Shown here: piece after piece, positions 27,599 to 37,109 of the stretch
How the letters are laid out: the number at the start of each line of letters is the position of its first letter
How positions within the stretch are numbered: the stretch's first letter is position 1
Origin: a virus
Reading direction: 5' to 3' (one strand)
Length of the DNA: 64,000 nucleotides
IMG/VR virus record: IMGVR_UViG_3300045988_138952
Span: 1-64,000 of that record
The notes under the pieces: generated by a model
What the model was told of the DNA's origin: nothing
What the model saw: only the letters and a program-made list of their open reading frames with translations
Database searches by the model: none
Translations under genes and position numbers: made by a program

Positions 27599-27991
27599 CT
27601 ACGCAGACCGAACATCGTCAGAGAAAGAAATAGGCAGCATCGCTAAAATCTTTTTCGTAAGAAACTCAATTAAGTAGGAATAAGCTTCGTCACTATCACT
27701 GGTTAAGTTTATTCCTGCTTTTTCCAATGTAAAGTTGGCGATGTGAAATATCTCGTGCGCTAATATTGACAATCCTTTTATGTCTTTCGGCAAATTTGGC
27801 ATATACAAAATCATTTGTCCGCCAGGCAATAAAAAACTTTTTCCCTTTTCTTCTCCACTAATCATAGAAACGATTTCAGAAGACTTCTCGCACCCGAATA
27901 TCTTTGATAGTCTTGCCTTCAAATGCTTTTTTTCTCCAAAATGAACCATTACATCCCGGTCATAAATGTCTATGCTTATTATCTTATTCAT
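27599..27991 (-). CDS. small HExxH metallopeptidase-like protein (130 aa), paralogue of 6727-7149
   Basis: HEIFH motif followed by an ..EAYSYL.. segment, which aligns by eye with HEKGH..EEAQYLSGY. Confidence 0.55.
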   Translation of the reverse strand: MNKIISIDIYDRDVMVHFGEKKHLKARLSKIFGCEKSSEIVSMISGEEKGKSFLLPGGQMILYMPNLPKDIKGLSILAHEIFHIANFTLEKAGINLTSDSDEAYSYLIEFLTKKILAMLPISFSDDVRSA

Positions 27992-28154
27992 AACGAATAT
28001 GATGTTTGTGCTTTATATATAATAATGCAAATATAACTAAAAATAATCAAGATGCTGTTCTTCGGCATATGAATTATAATTAATCGGATTTGTTAAAAAG
28101 CTGATTTATCGGATATTTATTTGTTTATTTGTTTGTTCTTTCGTTCGTTCTTTC

Positions 28155-28162
28155 TATATTTG
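28155..28162 (+). promoter_or_regulatory. -7 promoter box TATATTTG
   Basis: Exact TAnnTTTG 19 nt upstream of ATG 28181. Confidence 0.4.
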
Positions 28163-28180
28163 TGCATTAATATAATACAA

Positions 28181-28423
28181 ATGGGTAATTGGAGTGAAAG
28201 GCAAGAAGTAAAGAAAGAGGGCAAGGAAAAGGATAAGGTAAGACGTGAAAAACTTGCAGGATATTTCTTTGATTTATCTAAACTAATATTTGCGGCACTT
28301 GTTTTAGGAGGTATAACTCCTTTGTTTACCAATGTGACAAACGGAATAAACTGGAGTACTATTACATTAGGAACTATATCTACATATATGTTTGCTAACT
28401 TTGCTAATAGGATTTTAAAATGA
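28181..28423 (+). CDS. small membrane protein (80 aa)
   Basis: Lys/Glu-rich N-terminus then two hydrophobic segments. Confidence 0.5.
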   Translation: MGNWSERQEVKKEGKEKDKVRREKLAGYFFDLSKLIFAALVLGGITPLFTNVTNGINWSTITLGTISTYMFANFANRILK

Positions 28424-28430
28424 ATATAAT

Positions 28431-28535
28431 ATGGATACGCTAACGGCAATATTTTTAATAACGGCTATTGTGAGTGTTACATTAGTTGTTTGGTCTCACA
28501 CCAAATCGGGCAAGAAGTGGCTTGCAAGCTTGTAA
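28431..28535 (+). CDS. 34-aa single-TM peptide
   Basis: Hand translation MDTLTAIFLITAIVSVTLVVWSHTKSGKKWLASL. Confidence 0.3.
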   Translation: MDTLTAIFLITAIVSVTLVVWSHTKSGKKWLASL

Positions 28536-28581
28536 GCAGAAGGATAAAAAAGGGAACAGATAAATTCAATATCAAAACAAT

Positions 28582-28782
28582 ATGGAGAGTGTAATGGAAA
28601 GCAAGAAAGCAAAGTGTTCTTCAAAGCATCCACACCGTATAAAGTCTAAAGGCGATAGACTGGGATGGACGTTGAGAAGCGAAGTCAAGCACTCTTCCTT
28701 GCGTGAAATTATCGGAGAGGGAAGAATCGTTAGTAACTCTTGCTGTTTCATTTCAGCCAATACAAAAAGAATTATGCAATAA
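28582..28782 (+). CDS. small basic protein (66 aa)
   Basis: Track ORF followed by hairpin AGCCAG..CCTGGCT plus T-run at 28782-28810. Confidence 0.3.
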   Translation: MESVMESKKAKCSSKHPHRIKSKGDRLGWTLRSEVKHSSLREIIGEGRIVSNSCCFISANTKRIMQ

Positions 28783-28791
28783 AGCCAGACA

Positions 28792-29298
28792 TTAAGCCTG
28801 GCTTTTTCTTTGCATGACATCCCCAGCGGTTTCCACAATACAATCTTCTCCATGAATGTAAACATATACCGATGCTATATCCTTTTGGATAACATTTACT
28901 TTTGCCCGGTCGTACACGTTAATGAATACCTTGCAATACTGTGAACAGTCAATGGTTACTTCGCTGTCATGGCGCACGTAAATATCACATACGGAAAAGC
29001 CATCAAATAGGAGAGTACCTTTACAATTTCCGTTCAAAACAGAAATTTGTGACATGTTGCGTTTCTGCACATCTTCATCCACAAAAATATTATTCTTGTG
29101 GAGAAGGTCTTTGTCGAAGTGTTCTTTTATGAAAGTGTTGGTAGGGTAATTGTGCTTAATGGCAAAATCAATCCCATGCAGATACTTGTCAATTAATCCT
29201 TGTTGGGTAGGATTCCCCCATGCGTGTTGCCACGGTTGGCATAAACCAAACGTAATAGCTTGGTTCAGTAATGTTTTGCTTAAATCCTTTTCGTTCAT
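28792..29298 (-). CDS. hypothetical protein downstream of tape measure (168 aa)
   Basis: Track ORF, 6 nt after the tape measure stop. Confidence 0.55.
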   Translation of the reverse strand: MNEKDLSKTLLNQAITFGLCQPWQHAWGNPTQQGLIDKYLHGIDFAIKHNYPTNTFIKEHFDKDLLHKNNIFVDEDVQKRNMSQISVLNGNCKGTLLFDGFSVCDIYVRHDSEVTIDCSQYCKVFINVYDRAKVNVIQKDIASVYVYIHGEDCIVETAGDVMQRKSQA

Positions 29299-29304
29299 AA
29301 CATA

Positions 29305-32300
29305 TTATATTTTGATTTTTCTACCACTTCTGTCTATTACTATACTTAGCATATCTCTAACTTCTTGTACTAAAGCAACGTTTGCTTCGGTATTTTGGGC
29401 ACTTCTTAACGTATTATTGGCTATCGCCCTCAATTGAGTAAGTTGTTGTTCGGCTATAACATTATATTTCGGAAGAATCTCGTTTCCCCACTTTTCAAGC
29501 AAAGCGCGTTTTACACTTACATCTGCACGAATACCGTTTATGTAAGAAGCTAAAATATTGGCGGTTTCTTCTGTAATGTTTTCTTGTATCCCTTTGGAAA
29601 GAGTGTTTGAAGCGCTTGTCTCTTCAAGGCTTATTCCCATTTTTTTTGCAGCAGCATTTAGATAATCCCATATTTTCTTTGAGTCTGATATTGTCCCTCG
29701 AAGGCTTCCAAGTTGCTGCATTAGTCCGGTAGCCTCTTGTTCCGTCAGATTTGTACCCCCAGCGGAACTGTCTGTAAATATACCTTTATCTCCAAACAGA
29801 TAATCTCTTAGCTTATTCATGGCAGGTTTTATGACATTCAGAGAAATCATCTCCTTTATGACATTGCGCATTATATCAGCCACCGTATCATCAAAAGCCT
29901 TTGCTGCATCTTCTCCGTTGGCGAACGCATTGACTAACGCTTCTGATATTTGGTCTGACCATCCCTTTAAGTCTATACCGAATTGTTCGCTTGCCAAATC
30001 TTCATAGAAATACTTGATTTGCTCGCCTAACTCGATATACTGCTGCTTGTAGTCCTCTATTTTAGAAGCATCCGAATCTTTCTTGTCTTGTTCCGCCTTC
30101 ATTTGCTTTTGCACCTCTTCTTGTTGCTTTTGAAGATTTGCAATCATCTCTTTGGATTGACTTTGGGTAACAGCACCCAATTGCCGTTCTATGACAGATT
30201 GAAGGTTCTTATAGTCGTTGGAAAGCTTTTTCACTTCCAGTTGCGAACGTTGGATTGCTTTATCCAGCTTCTTGTCATGGGCTTTGGCTATGCTTCCTAT
30301 TATTCCGGTAATACCGCTGACTACACCTGTAGCCCCTTGCATGATAGCCATCGGATTGCCGGAAGATATACCAGCGAAAAGGGTAGCTCCGCTTTGAGCT
30401 GTATTCAATAATCCACCCGCAACTTCTTGTACAGCGCTTAGAGTGTCTCCCATACTATCATTCCCTAAGGCATCAAATGCTGACCCTAAATCTCCCAAAG
30501 TGCCGATAAGAAGATTAGCCATGTCGACAATATCTCCAAAGCCTACTTGAACTTTATCGGAAGCCTCATTTTGTTCATCCTGCGCATCTGTTACTTCTTT
30601 TTCCGCATCTGCCAACGTTTTTAATTTTGGAGTTAATTTATCGACGACTTTAGCCTGATAAGATAAGCCGCCATCCGTTTTCTTGGTTTCCGTATGGCTC
30701 GTTTCAGAAACACCAGTAGTAACTTCACCGCCATCCTGGATAAACCCAAGTTCTTTTTGAGCCTTTTTCAGTTTTTCAGTGGCTTCCGCATACTCTTTTA
30801 TTCCGTCTGATAATGTCTTGAAAGGGTTTCTGCTTTCACTTTCGTCACGTAGCTTTTTTAATACATTGACAAGCTCTTTAAACTCGTTGACTTTTAGACT
30901 TTGCCCGGTCGTATTTTTAAACTCTTCCAGGTTCTTGATTAGCCTGCTAAGAGTTGCAGAAGAAAGTCTGTCAAGGTCGTCAAAGGTCTTAGCCCAGTCT
31001 TCCGAACTCTTGAATTGTTCAAATTTGGTAGATGCAGCATCTTCGCTCGCTTTCTTTTTCCTTTGTGCTATAAGTCTGTCGGTCGCTTCTTCGCCTAATT
31101 GACCTCTTTGGCTTTCAATATCTGCCAAGTCTTTTTGAAGATTACGTTCAATATCCTTTATCCTTTGGGCATAATCTTTATAATCCTCAATCATGCCTAA
31201 AAGGTTTTCAAGGCTTTCTGAACGCATTTTCTTACTTTCCTCGTTGATTGATTGGTATAGTTTCAGAATTACTCCTTCTCCAAACTGCTTCTTTACATCA
31301 TCCTCTTTCATGGCAAGGACATCTGTAACGGAGAATTTACTTCCTGTATTTTCAAGCGCTTTGGAAAGTTGGTTGCGCAAATCATCTACTACACTTTTGA
31401 ATGAGACCTCTCCGCCGAAAGCGATGTTCATGGAAAGAGATTTGTTGCCGGAAGCATTGAATAGCTTCTTATATAAATCCCACTTTTCTCCGGTTTGGGA
31501 AACGTACTTCTCTATCTCCTTTAAGGCATTATCTACTTCTTTCTTCGCACTGTCAATTCCCGCCTTGTCAATCTTGACACCAAGAGAAATGTATAAATCT
31601 TCCTGCTTCTCTTTGCTTCGGTCTAACTGCCCTTGAATGTATTTGTAAGCCTTGCTTGGGTCTTTTAAGTCCAAATTGACCCCGTTCTTATCAAAGATAG
31701 GGGCAAATTCAGAAATGCCCTTCACCCTTTGGGATGCGACTTCTTCTCCTTCTATCTTTCTCCATTTCTCATAGCTGGAAACGGCTTTATCTATGAGGTC
31801 GGTACGGGCTTCCCATTGTTCGGCAATAGGGTCTTTCGTGTTTTGGGTCTCTTTGGTTACACGCCCGAATGTTTTTAGTATTTCATCTGTAGCATTCTTT
31901 AACAGCTTGGCTTTATCTATACTTTTACGAGTTTCTTCATTCCATTCGCCCTCTTTTTTAGTCCATTCGCTAAGAGTAGAGGACGCATCCTCATTAGCAC
32001 CGATTATATTTTCTATGTATTTTTGCAGACCACCTTCTGCATCAGGCTTTAGCCTTTCTATACCGAATTTTTCATACAATTCGGTCGCTTTCTTGAACCA
32101 GGCAGAATTCTTGTCATCTTTCTTTATCTTGTAAGTTGAATAATTTTCTAATGCGTCATTCAGTGTTTTTTGAGCTTGCGATAAAACCTCTTCTTGTTTT
32201 TTTATATCTTCATCTAAGGACTCTATGACATTCTCATACCCGTCCAGTGATTGATAATATTCTCTGCGAGATTTCAATCTGTTAAGTTCTCTTTGAGCTT

Positions 32301-34152
32301 CATTTCTATTATTGGTCGCGCCGATTACAAGCCCTGCGCTTTTGACTTTTTCTCTTTCTTTTGATGCAGATAACACTTTTTGGATGGCTTGATATTCCCC
32401 TTCTAAAAGAAATTGTTCAAATTTCATATTCTCAAAGAGAGAGGGATATATTTTTTGAAGGTTTAGATATGCCCTTCTTTGAGCATCAATCCCGTTTGTT
32501 TTATCGAATATTCGAGAAATATATCCTTTAGCCTTACTTTCCTCTTCTTTAATCTTCTCTATGTTTTTTGAGAACTCAATATTTAGTTTTTTTGTTTTTT
32601 CAGCAACTGTTTCAACTTTTTCTTGGAATACAGTCAATGTTGTAACTATAGCGCCTAATGTGGTTATCCAAAATACCCACGGATTGACTTTCATTGCTGA
32701 GTTAAGTGCCCATTGTGCTACTGCGGCTGCTTTGGTGACTTTGACTCCTTTGTTTAACCATGTATAATACGCTTGCATTTGACTGATTGCAAAAGAAGAC
32801 TTTTGTGCTACATTTACAGCTATCACAGCCGTTTTATAAGAGCCATAAATTCCTACAAGTCTACCAAGTATATCTGCGACAGCCTCCCAATGTTTCATTA
32901 AATCAGTAAGCAGCTCTAAACTATCTGAAAGTACACCGCTATTGCCTTCCGCAATGTCAGCCATCATGACATCCCATGCGTCCTGCAAGTTGCTCCATTT
33001 GCCAGCAAGGCTTTCTGCAAGAGCTTCCTGCATGTTGTAGAATTTGCCGCCTTCATCGGTCAGCTCCCAAAGAACATCTTTCACCATGCCGAAGCTGACC
33101 TCTTTCCGGCTGATTTTATCGAATACGTCTCCGGCGGAAGTTACCACTCCCGTAAGCTTAGTAAACCGTTTCGCCAACTCGTCCACCAACGGAATACCAG
33201 CCTCGGTAAACTGCCTCAATTCCTGCCCACGGAGAAAAGCTGCACTGCGCACCTGCCCGTACGCCAATATGATACGTCCCATATCGACACCCACACCTGC
33301 GGAAATGTCGGCAAGTCGTTTGGTCGTATCGTAAAGCTCTTCATACGGAATGCTGTATGCGGAAAGTTGCTTGGTGTATGAAGCCAGTTCTTTAAACTGA
33401 AACGGAGAGACAACCGCTAAATCCTTAATGCGGTTGAATATGGTTTCCGCCTTCATACTATCTCCAAGAATGGAGGTAAGGGCAATGTGTTGTTTCTGAA
33501 ACTCTCCGCCAATAGTATATAATCCCCTTACAAAACGCTCTATGGTGTATATGGAATACACATTGGCGATTTGATTTTTCAATTCCCTGGCTATCCGTGA
33601 TTGAGAAGATAGAGCCGTGTTTTCCTTTGTCATGGCGGCATTGTGTGTGCCGGAAGCTCTTGCAGCCTGCATCCGAGCATTGGTGAGTCTTTGTTCGGCG
33701 AGCGCTGCCCTTTCTGCCATTTTTGCCTGAATATCAAGAATGCGTTGCTGTCTTACATCGCTCGCTGTTGTGTTATATTTATATCCAGCTTTTTGTAATG
33801 CCTGTTTGACGGCATCACTGACTTTAGCCTTATCTACGACTATGTTTATTTTGTATTTTTTCTTATTTACAGCACTGGATATACTATCTCTAAGAGAAGC
33901 ATCGTCTATTTTCAGTTTTGCTTTAACTTCGGAGGGAATGTTAATTTTATTGACCCCTACATTGACTTTGAATATCTTACTTTTAAGTGCATTGTCTATC
34001 GACTCTCTAATAATTTGTCTGTCTACCTTAACTCCCAATTTAGTGTTAAGTTTGACTTGCTTTTCAACGAGTTTCTTTTTTATCTGTTCATAATCCTGCT
34101 CCGTGCAGTCTTTCAAGTGAACGCTAAAATTGAGTGAACCTAAGTCTGCCAT
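29305..34152 (-). CDS. tail tape measure protein (1615 aa)
   Basis: Length, long helical/coiled-coil composition with hydrophobic core segments, position after the chaperone pair. Confidence 0.9.
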   Translation of the reverse strand: MADLGSLNFSVHLKDCTEQDYEQIKKKLVEKQVKLNTKLGVKVDRQIIRESIDNALKSKIFKVNVGVNKINIPSEVKAKLKIDDASLRDSISSAVNKKKYKINIVVDKAKVSDAVKQALQKAGYKYNTTASDVRQQRILDIQAKMAERAALAEQRLTNARMQAARASGTHNAAMTKENTALSSQSRIARELKNQIANVYSIYTIERFVRGLYTIGGEFQKQHIALTSILGDSMKAETIFNRIKDLAVVSPFQFKELASYTKQLSAYSIPYEELYDTTKRLADISAGVGVDMGRIILAYGQVRSAAFLRGQELRQFTEAGIPLVDELAKRFTKLTGVVTSAGDVFDKISRKEVSFGMVKDVLWELTDEGGKFYNMQEALAESLAGKWSNLQDAWDVMMADIAEGNSGVLSDSLELLTDLMKHWEAVADILGRLVGIYGSYKTAVIAVNVAQKSSFAISQMQAYYTWLNKGVKVTKAAAVAQWALNSAMKVNPWVFWITTLGAIVTTLTVFQEKVETVAEKTKKLNIEFSKNIEKIKEEESKAKGYISRIFDKTNGIDAQRRAYLNLQKIYPSLFENMKFEQFLLEGEYQAIQKVLSASKEREKVKSAGLVIGATNNRNEAQRELNRLKSRREYYQSLDGYENVIESLDEDIKKQEEVLSQAQKTLNDALENYSTYKIKKDDKNSAWFKKATELYEKFGIERLKPDAEGGLQKYIENIIGANEDASSTLSEWTKKEGEWNEETRKSIDKAKLLKNATDEILKTFGRVTKETQNTKDPIAEQWEARTDLIDKAVSSYEKWRKIEGEEVASQRVKGISEFAPIFDKNGVNLDLKDPSKAYKYIQGQLDRSKEKQEDLYISLGVKIDKAGIDSAKKEVDNALKEIEKYVSQTGEKWDLYKKLFNASGNKSLSMNIAFGGEVSFKSVVDDLRNQLSKALENTGSKFSVTDVLAMKEDDVKKQFGEGVILKLYQSINEESKKMRSESLENLLGMIEDYKDYAQRIKDIERNLQKDLADIESQRGQLGEEATDRLIAQRKKKASEDAASTKFEQFKSSEDWAKTFDDLDRLSSATLSRLIKNLEEFKNTTGQSLKVNEFKELVNVLKKLRDESESRNPFKTLSDGIKEYAEATEKLKKAQKELGFIQDGGEVTTGVSETSHTETKKTDGGLSYQAKVVDKLTPKLKTLADAEKEVTDAQDEQNEASDKVQVGFGDIVDMANLLIGTLGDLGSAFDALGNDSMGDTLSAVQEVAGGLLNTAQSGATLFAGISSGNPMAIMQGATGVVSGITGIIGSIAKAHDKKLDKAIQRSQLEVKKLSNDYKNLQSVIERQLGAVTQSQSKEMIANLQKQQEEVQKQMKAEQDKKDSDASKIEDYKQQYIELGEQIKYFYEDLASEQFGIDLKGWSDQISEALVNAFANGEDAAKAFDDTVADIMRNVIKEMISLNVIKPAMNKLRDYLFGDKGIFTDSSAGGTNLTEQEATGLMQQLGSLRGTISDSKKIWDYLNAAAKKMGISLEETSASNTLSKGIQENITEETANILASYINGIRADVSVKRALLEKWGNEILPKYNVIAEQQLTQLRAIANNTLRSAQNTEANVALVQEVRDMLSIVIDRSGRKIKI

Positions 34153-34153
34153 G

Positions 34154-34605
34154 TTAATTATTGTTTTGCGCCTTTTTGATAGCGTTAATGCCGTTTACCA
34201 TAAAATCATTGAGGGAAATTCTTTGTCCTTTCATTTCCTGCTCTTTTCTCTTTTCTTCCCACTTCCTTTTTAAATCTTCCATTTCTTTGGCTGTGTGCGT
34301 TTTTTGTTCTGTGTCTGCTTTGTCATACACTACAATCGGGGCGTCACACATAAAAAGTTCATATTGGGCGCATGTCAATACCCAGTCCATATGCCAGTTG
34401 GGGATATTAACCATGCCCCAAAGAAGAATTAACGGTCGTGTCAGTTCCGGATGTTTTTCTCCGTTTGCAAATGCTGCTCCTGCCGAAGTTCTTGAAGGAT
34501 ACGTTCTGCTTCCTTTCTCGTCATCGTCATTATCGTGTCTCTCATTCCGGTCAGTAATGTGAAAGCATTCAAGTATTCCAGTCTTTGAGATTCCACTTTT
34601 TTTTT
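34154..34605 (-). CDS. tail assembly chaperone -1 frameshift extension (GT-like product)
   Basis: A AAA AAA is in phase with the G frame at 34605-34597. The -1 frame is open by hand translation from 34597 into track ORF 34154-34414. Confidence 0.6.
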
Positions 34606-34917
34606 ACCTATAAAAAGTATTCCGTACAATTCGTCATCTGTGTATTTTTTCCATAGCATACGCCAGTATATCCAATGGAAAAGTCTTATCTTCCACCAAT
34701 TATTCAGAATAATGAGAGAGGCACATTTGGCAGTAACTTCATCCTCGCTTTTGCAGGAATGTAAGACATGGGTCAATTTTCGTATTGTTCCACGGTGCAG
34801 CCATTTTATGCCGAACTTTTTTCCTCTTATCGTAATATAATCTATGCTGTTCTCCAGCACGTCGTCGAGTGTTTTCTGCTCTGCTGTGGTAGGTTGATTT
34901 ATTGTTTTATCGTTCAT
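34441..34917 (-). CDS. tail assembly chaperone (G-like)
   Basis: Position between the major tail protein and tape measure; contains an A9 slippery run. Confidence 0.65.
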   Translation of the reverse strand: MNDKTINQPTTAEQKTLDDVLENSIDYITIRGKKFGIKWLHRGTIRKLTHVLHSCKSEDEVTAKCASLIILNNWWKIRLFHWIYWRMLWKKYTDDELYGILFIGKKKVESQRLEYLNAFTLLTGMRDTIMTMTRKEAERILQELRQEQHLQTEKNIRN

Positions 34918-34980
34918 ATTGTGTTATTGTGATGTGTGAAAAAGGAGAAGGCGGCGGCAATAACGCACACCGCCATATTT

Positions 34981-35247
34981 TTAAATCAAAGAACCGTCCT
35001 GGGTAACTTCCACCGCACTGAACTCATTGGCGGTGAATACGCTGACTGTAGCAGTTCTTTTTGCTCCGCTATTCTCGTCGACTTTGACCGTCACCACTTT
35101 CCCGCTAACCGAGGTTTTGCACCATGTTTCCGTTGATGAAGCAGAGACAGAGCTTTCCTTGGTTGTTGCGGTAATGGTTTTCCCTGTATTATCTGCCGCG
35201 CTGGTAAAAGACAGGGACGCTGGAGCTACGGTCAGTCGGCTTTTTTT
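34981..35247 (-). CDS. BACON/Ig-like domain reached by -1 frameshift from the major tail protein
   Basis: No start codon. -1 frame after A AAA AAA (35247-35241) reads SRLTVAPASLSFTSAADNTGKTITATTKESSVSASSTETWCKTSVSGKVVTVKVDENSGAKRTATVSVFTANEFSAVEVTQDG. Confidence 0.6.
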   Translation of the reverse strand, partial: KKSRLTVAPASLSFTSAADNTGKTITATTKESSVSASSTETWCKTSVSGKVVTVKVDENSGAKRTATVSVFTANEFSAVEVTQDGSLI

Positions 35248-35801
35248 GTCAAGAAAGCGATATTATCTTCGGAAGAGGAGCCGGACGAAGCACCATCTTC
35301 AAGTTCAATAGTTCCGCTAAGCGCAAAAGCGAATGGGGTAGTGGACGCATTCTCAAACAAGGGGCGTGCGTAAACGGCCATTCTTTTTACAAGCAGACAT
35401 TTTTCTCCGTCGTCACTTATAAGCGCAAATCCTACGTTCAGTTTCTTGCTGTTTAGCACAGCAGAGAATCCCTTGAATTGCTGGTTGTTGATAGTCGCTT
35501 GCGCAATTTCAGTGGTTTTCCCAAGAAAATATTCTACCAATTCCTTGCTTACACTTGGAACGGTAGCAGCGAAAGTAATATCTCCTGCTGTACTGGTGAC
35601 AGCCCAATCTGCTTGCAGACCGTGCACCTTTGTACGGTTTAATGTCGGTTCTGCTTGGGACAAGGAAAGGGTATCTACGGTAACGGGCAAATCAAAATCC
35701 GGAGTTACCGTGGCAAAATTTGCAATGCCACCCTTTACCAACATAATGGATGAAAGACCGCTAAATACATCTTTCAATTCCTGCTTTGTTTTCATTGCCA
35801 T
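35232..35801 (-). CDS. major tail protein
   Basis: 189 aa, position upstream of the chaperone pair; ends with a slippery A AAA AAA. Confidence 0.7.
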   Translation of the reverse strand: MAMKTKQELKDVFSGLSSIMLVKGGIANFATVTPDFDLPVTVDTLSLSQAEPTLNRTKVHGLQADWAVTSTAGDITFAATVPSVSKELVEYFLGKTTEIAQATINNQQFKGFSAVLNSKKLNVGFALISDDGEKCLLVKRMAVYARPLFENASTTPFAFALSGTIELEDGASSGSSSEDNIAFLTKKAD

Positions 35802-35832
35802 AATAAATAGTTTTAATCGTTTTATTTTATGT

Positions 35833-36237
35833 TTACTTTATCACAAGGTCAGCCCTTATCAATGTTGCGCTGAACCCTAATCCGTCATTTCCTTTCAAGG
35901 TCAATTTGGGGTTTGAGGCACTTATGAAATTGTCGCTGATGGGGAATAGGGAAAGAAAATCTCCTACAATAGTGTCCATTTGTTCCAAATCTTCCGCACC
36001 TCCCTTTTTCTGTCTGACATACACTTCAATGGCGCAATAGGTACGGATATTTCCAAATCCGCTGCCATAGGTCATGGAAGACAACAAGCCGGGCAATGAC
36101 ACCACAATGAAATTATCCATTTGCTTAGGCACAGCAGCGGGACGGTCATTTGTGAACACATTCTCACTTACTGTCTTTGCTGCGTCAAACAATGATTTAA
36201 GCGCGTCTTTGTATTTAAAATCCTGTTCGTACCCCAT
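35833..36237 (-). CDS. head-tail joining / tail completion protein (by position)
   Basis: 134 aa, between the capsid and tail genes. Confidence 0.45.
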   Translation of the reverse strand: MGYEQDFKYKDALKSLFDAAKTVSENVFTNDRPAAVPKQMDNFIVVSLPGLLSSMTYGSGFGNIRTYCAIEVYVRQKKGGAEDLEQMDTIVGDFLSLFPISDNFISASNPKLTLKGNDGLGFSATLIRADLVIK

Positions 36238-36238
36238 A

Positions 36239-36781
36239 TCATTTCATTGGTTTAAAGGTCATTTTAGCAATGCTTTCCGCGTAATCAAATGTATCTGACA
36301 ATACATTTAACCCCTTCTTTGACTCCAAGTAGTTAGAATATTCCGTACCTGTACACATCACTAATCCTATGCCGTCACTTGGAGTTTTATATGCTTTGAG
36401 GAAATTTACAGAAGTGGTTAAACCGTACTCCCCGTTGGTGTCAACCAAGTTGTATTTTTTTATGGGAATAAACTTACCACTTTCGTAACTTTGGACCATT
36501 ATCACGCCAATACCGTCTCCTCTGCTAAGCTTGGGGCGGGTGGGATTTTTTAATCCTTGTGTCACGACGGCGGTAATTATACGAGATAACCCACCTCTAT
36601 AATAAATTCCAACAGCTAATGAAGTTAGAGTATTTCCGGTTACATTATGGTACTTGGCTGATACTACTCCGTCTTGCAGAAGTCTGATTCCGATTTCTGT
36701 TATTCTATCCAGCAAATATTCATCAATGATATTTCTCATCTTTTTTTTGCCTTCTTCCAAGACTTTAGCATTATCTCCCAT
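36239..36781 (-). CDS. head-tail connector protein (by position)
   Basis: 180 aa, tight spacing. Confidence 0.45.
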   Translation of the reverse strand: MGDNAKVLEEGKKKMRNIIDEYLLDRITEIGIRLLQDGVVSAKYHNVTGNTLTSLAVGIYYRGGLSRIITAVVTQGLKNPTRPKLSRGDGIGVIMVQSYESGKFIPIKKYNLVDTNGEYGLTTSVNFLKAYKTPSDGIGLVMCTGTEYSNYLESKKGLNVLSDTFDYAESIAKMTFKPMK

Positions 36782-36785
36782 TTCC

Positions 36786-37109
36786 CTAATTCTTAGCCAG
36801 ATTGAAATACAGCGTTGTTCCCATTTCCGTAGGATAACAATCCGTTACTACGCATGATTCAAAACTTCCTCCGTAATCGGTAACATCCACAAGGTCTCCC
36901 GCAATGATACCCTTCACAAGTCCAGGAATGTCTATTGCATAATCACTCTTTATGACATTACTTTTTGTAAATGTCCTAAGACTTGTGCTTCCGTACTTGT
37001 TGCATTTCCCTACATACAATACGGTCTCGTTCCCTTCGTCAAAAGATGTTTCTCCGGAAATACGATACACTTTGCATGTATGCGGAAAACGTGGATTATT
37101 TACTTTCAT
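36786..37109 (-). CDS. head-tail connector protein (by position)
   Basis: 107 aa, overlapping the start of the neighbouring gene. Confidence 0.45.
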   Translation of the reverse strand: MKVNNPRFPHTCKVYRISGETSFDEGNETVLYVGKCNKYGSTSLRTFTKSNVIKSDYAIDIPGLVKGIIAGDLVDVTDYGGSFESCVVTDCYPTEMGTTLYFNLAKN

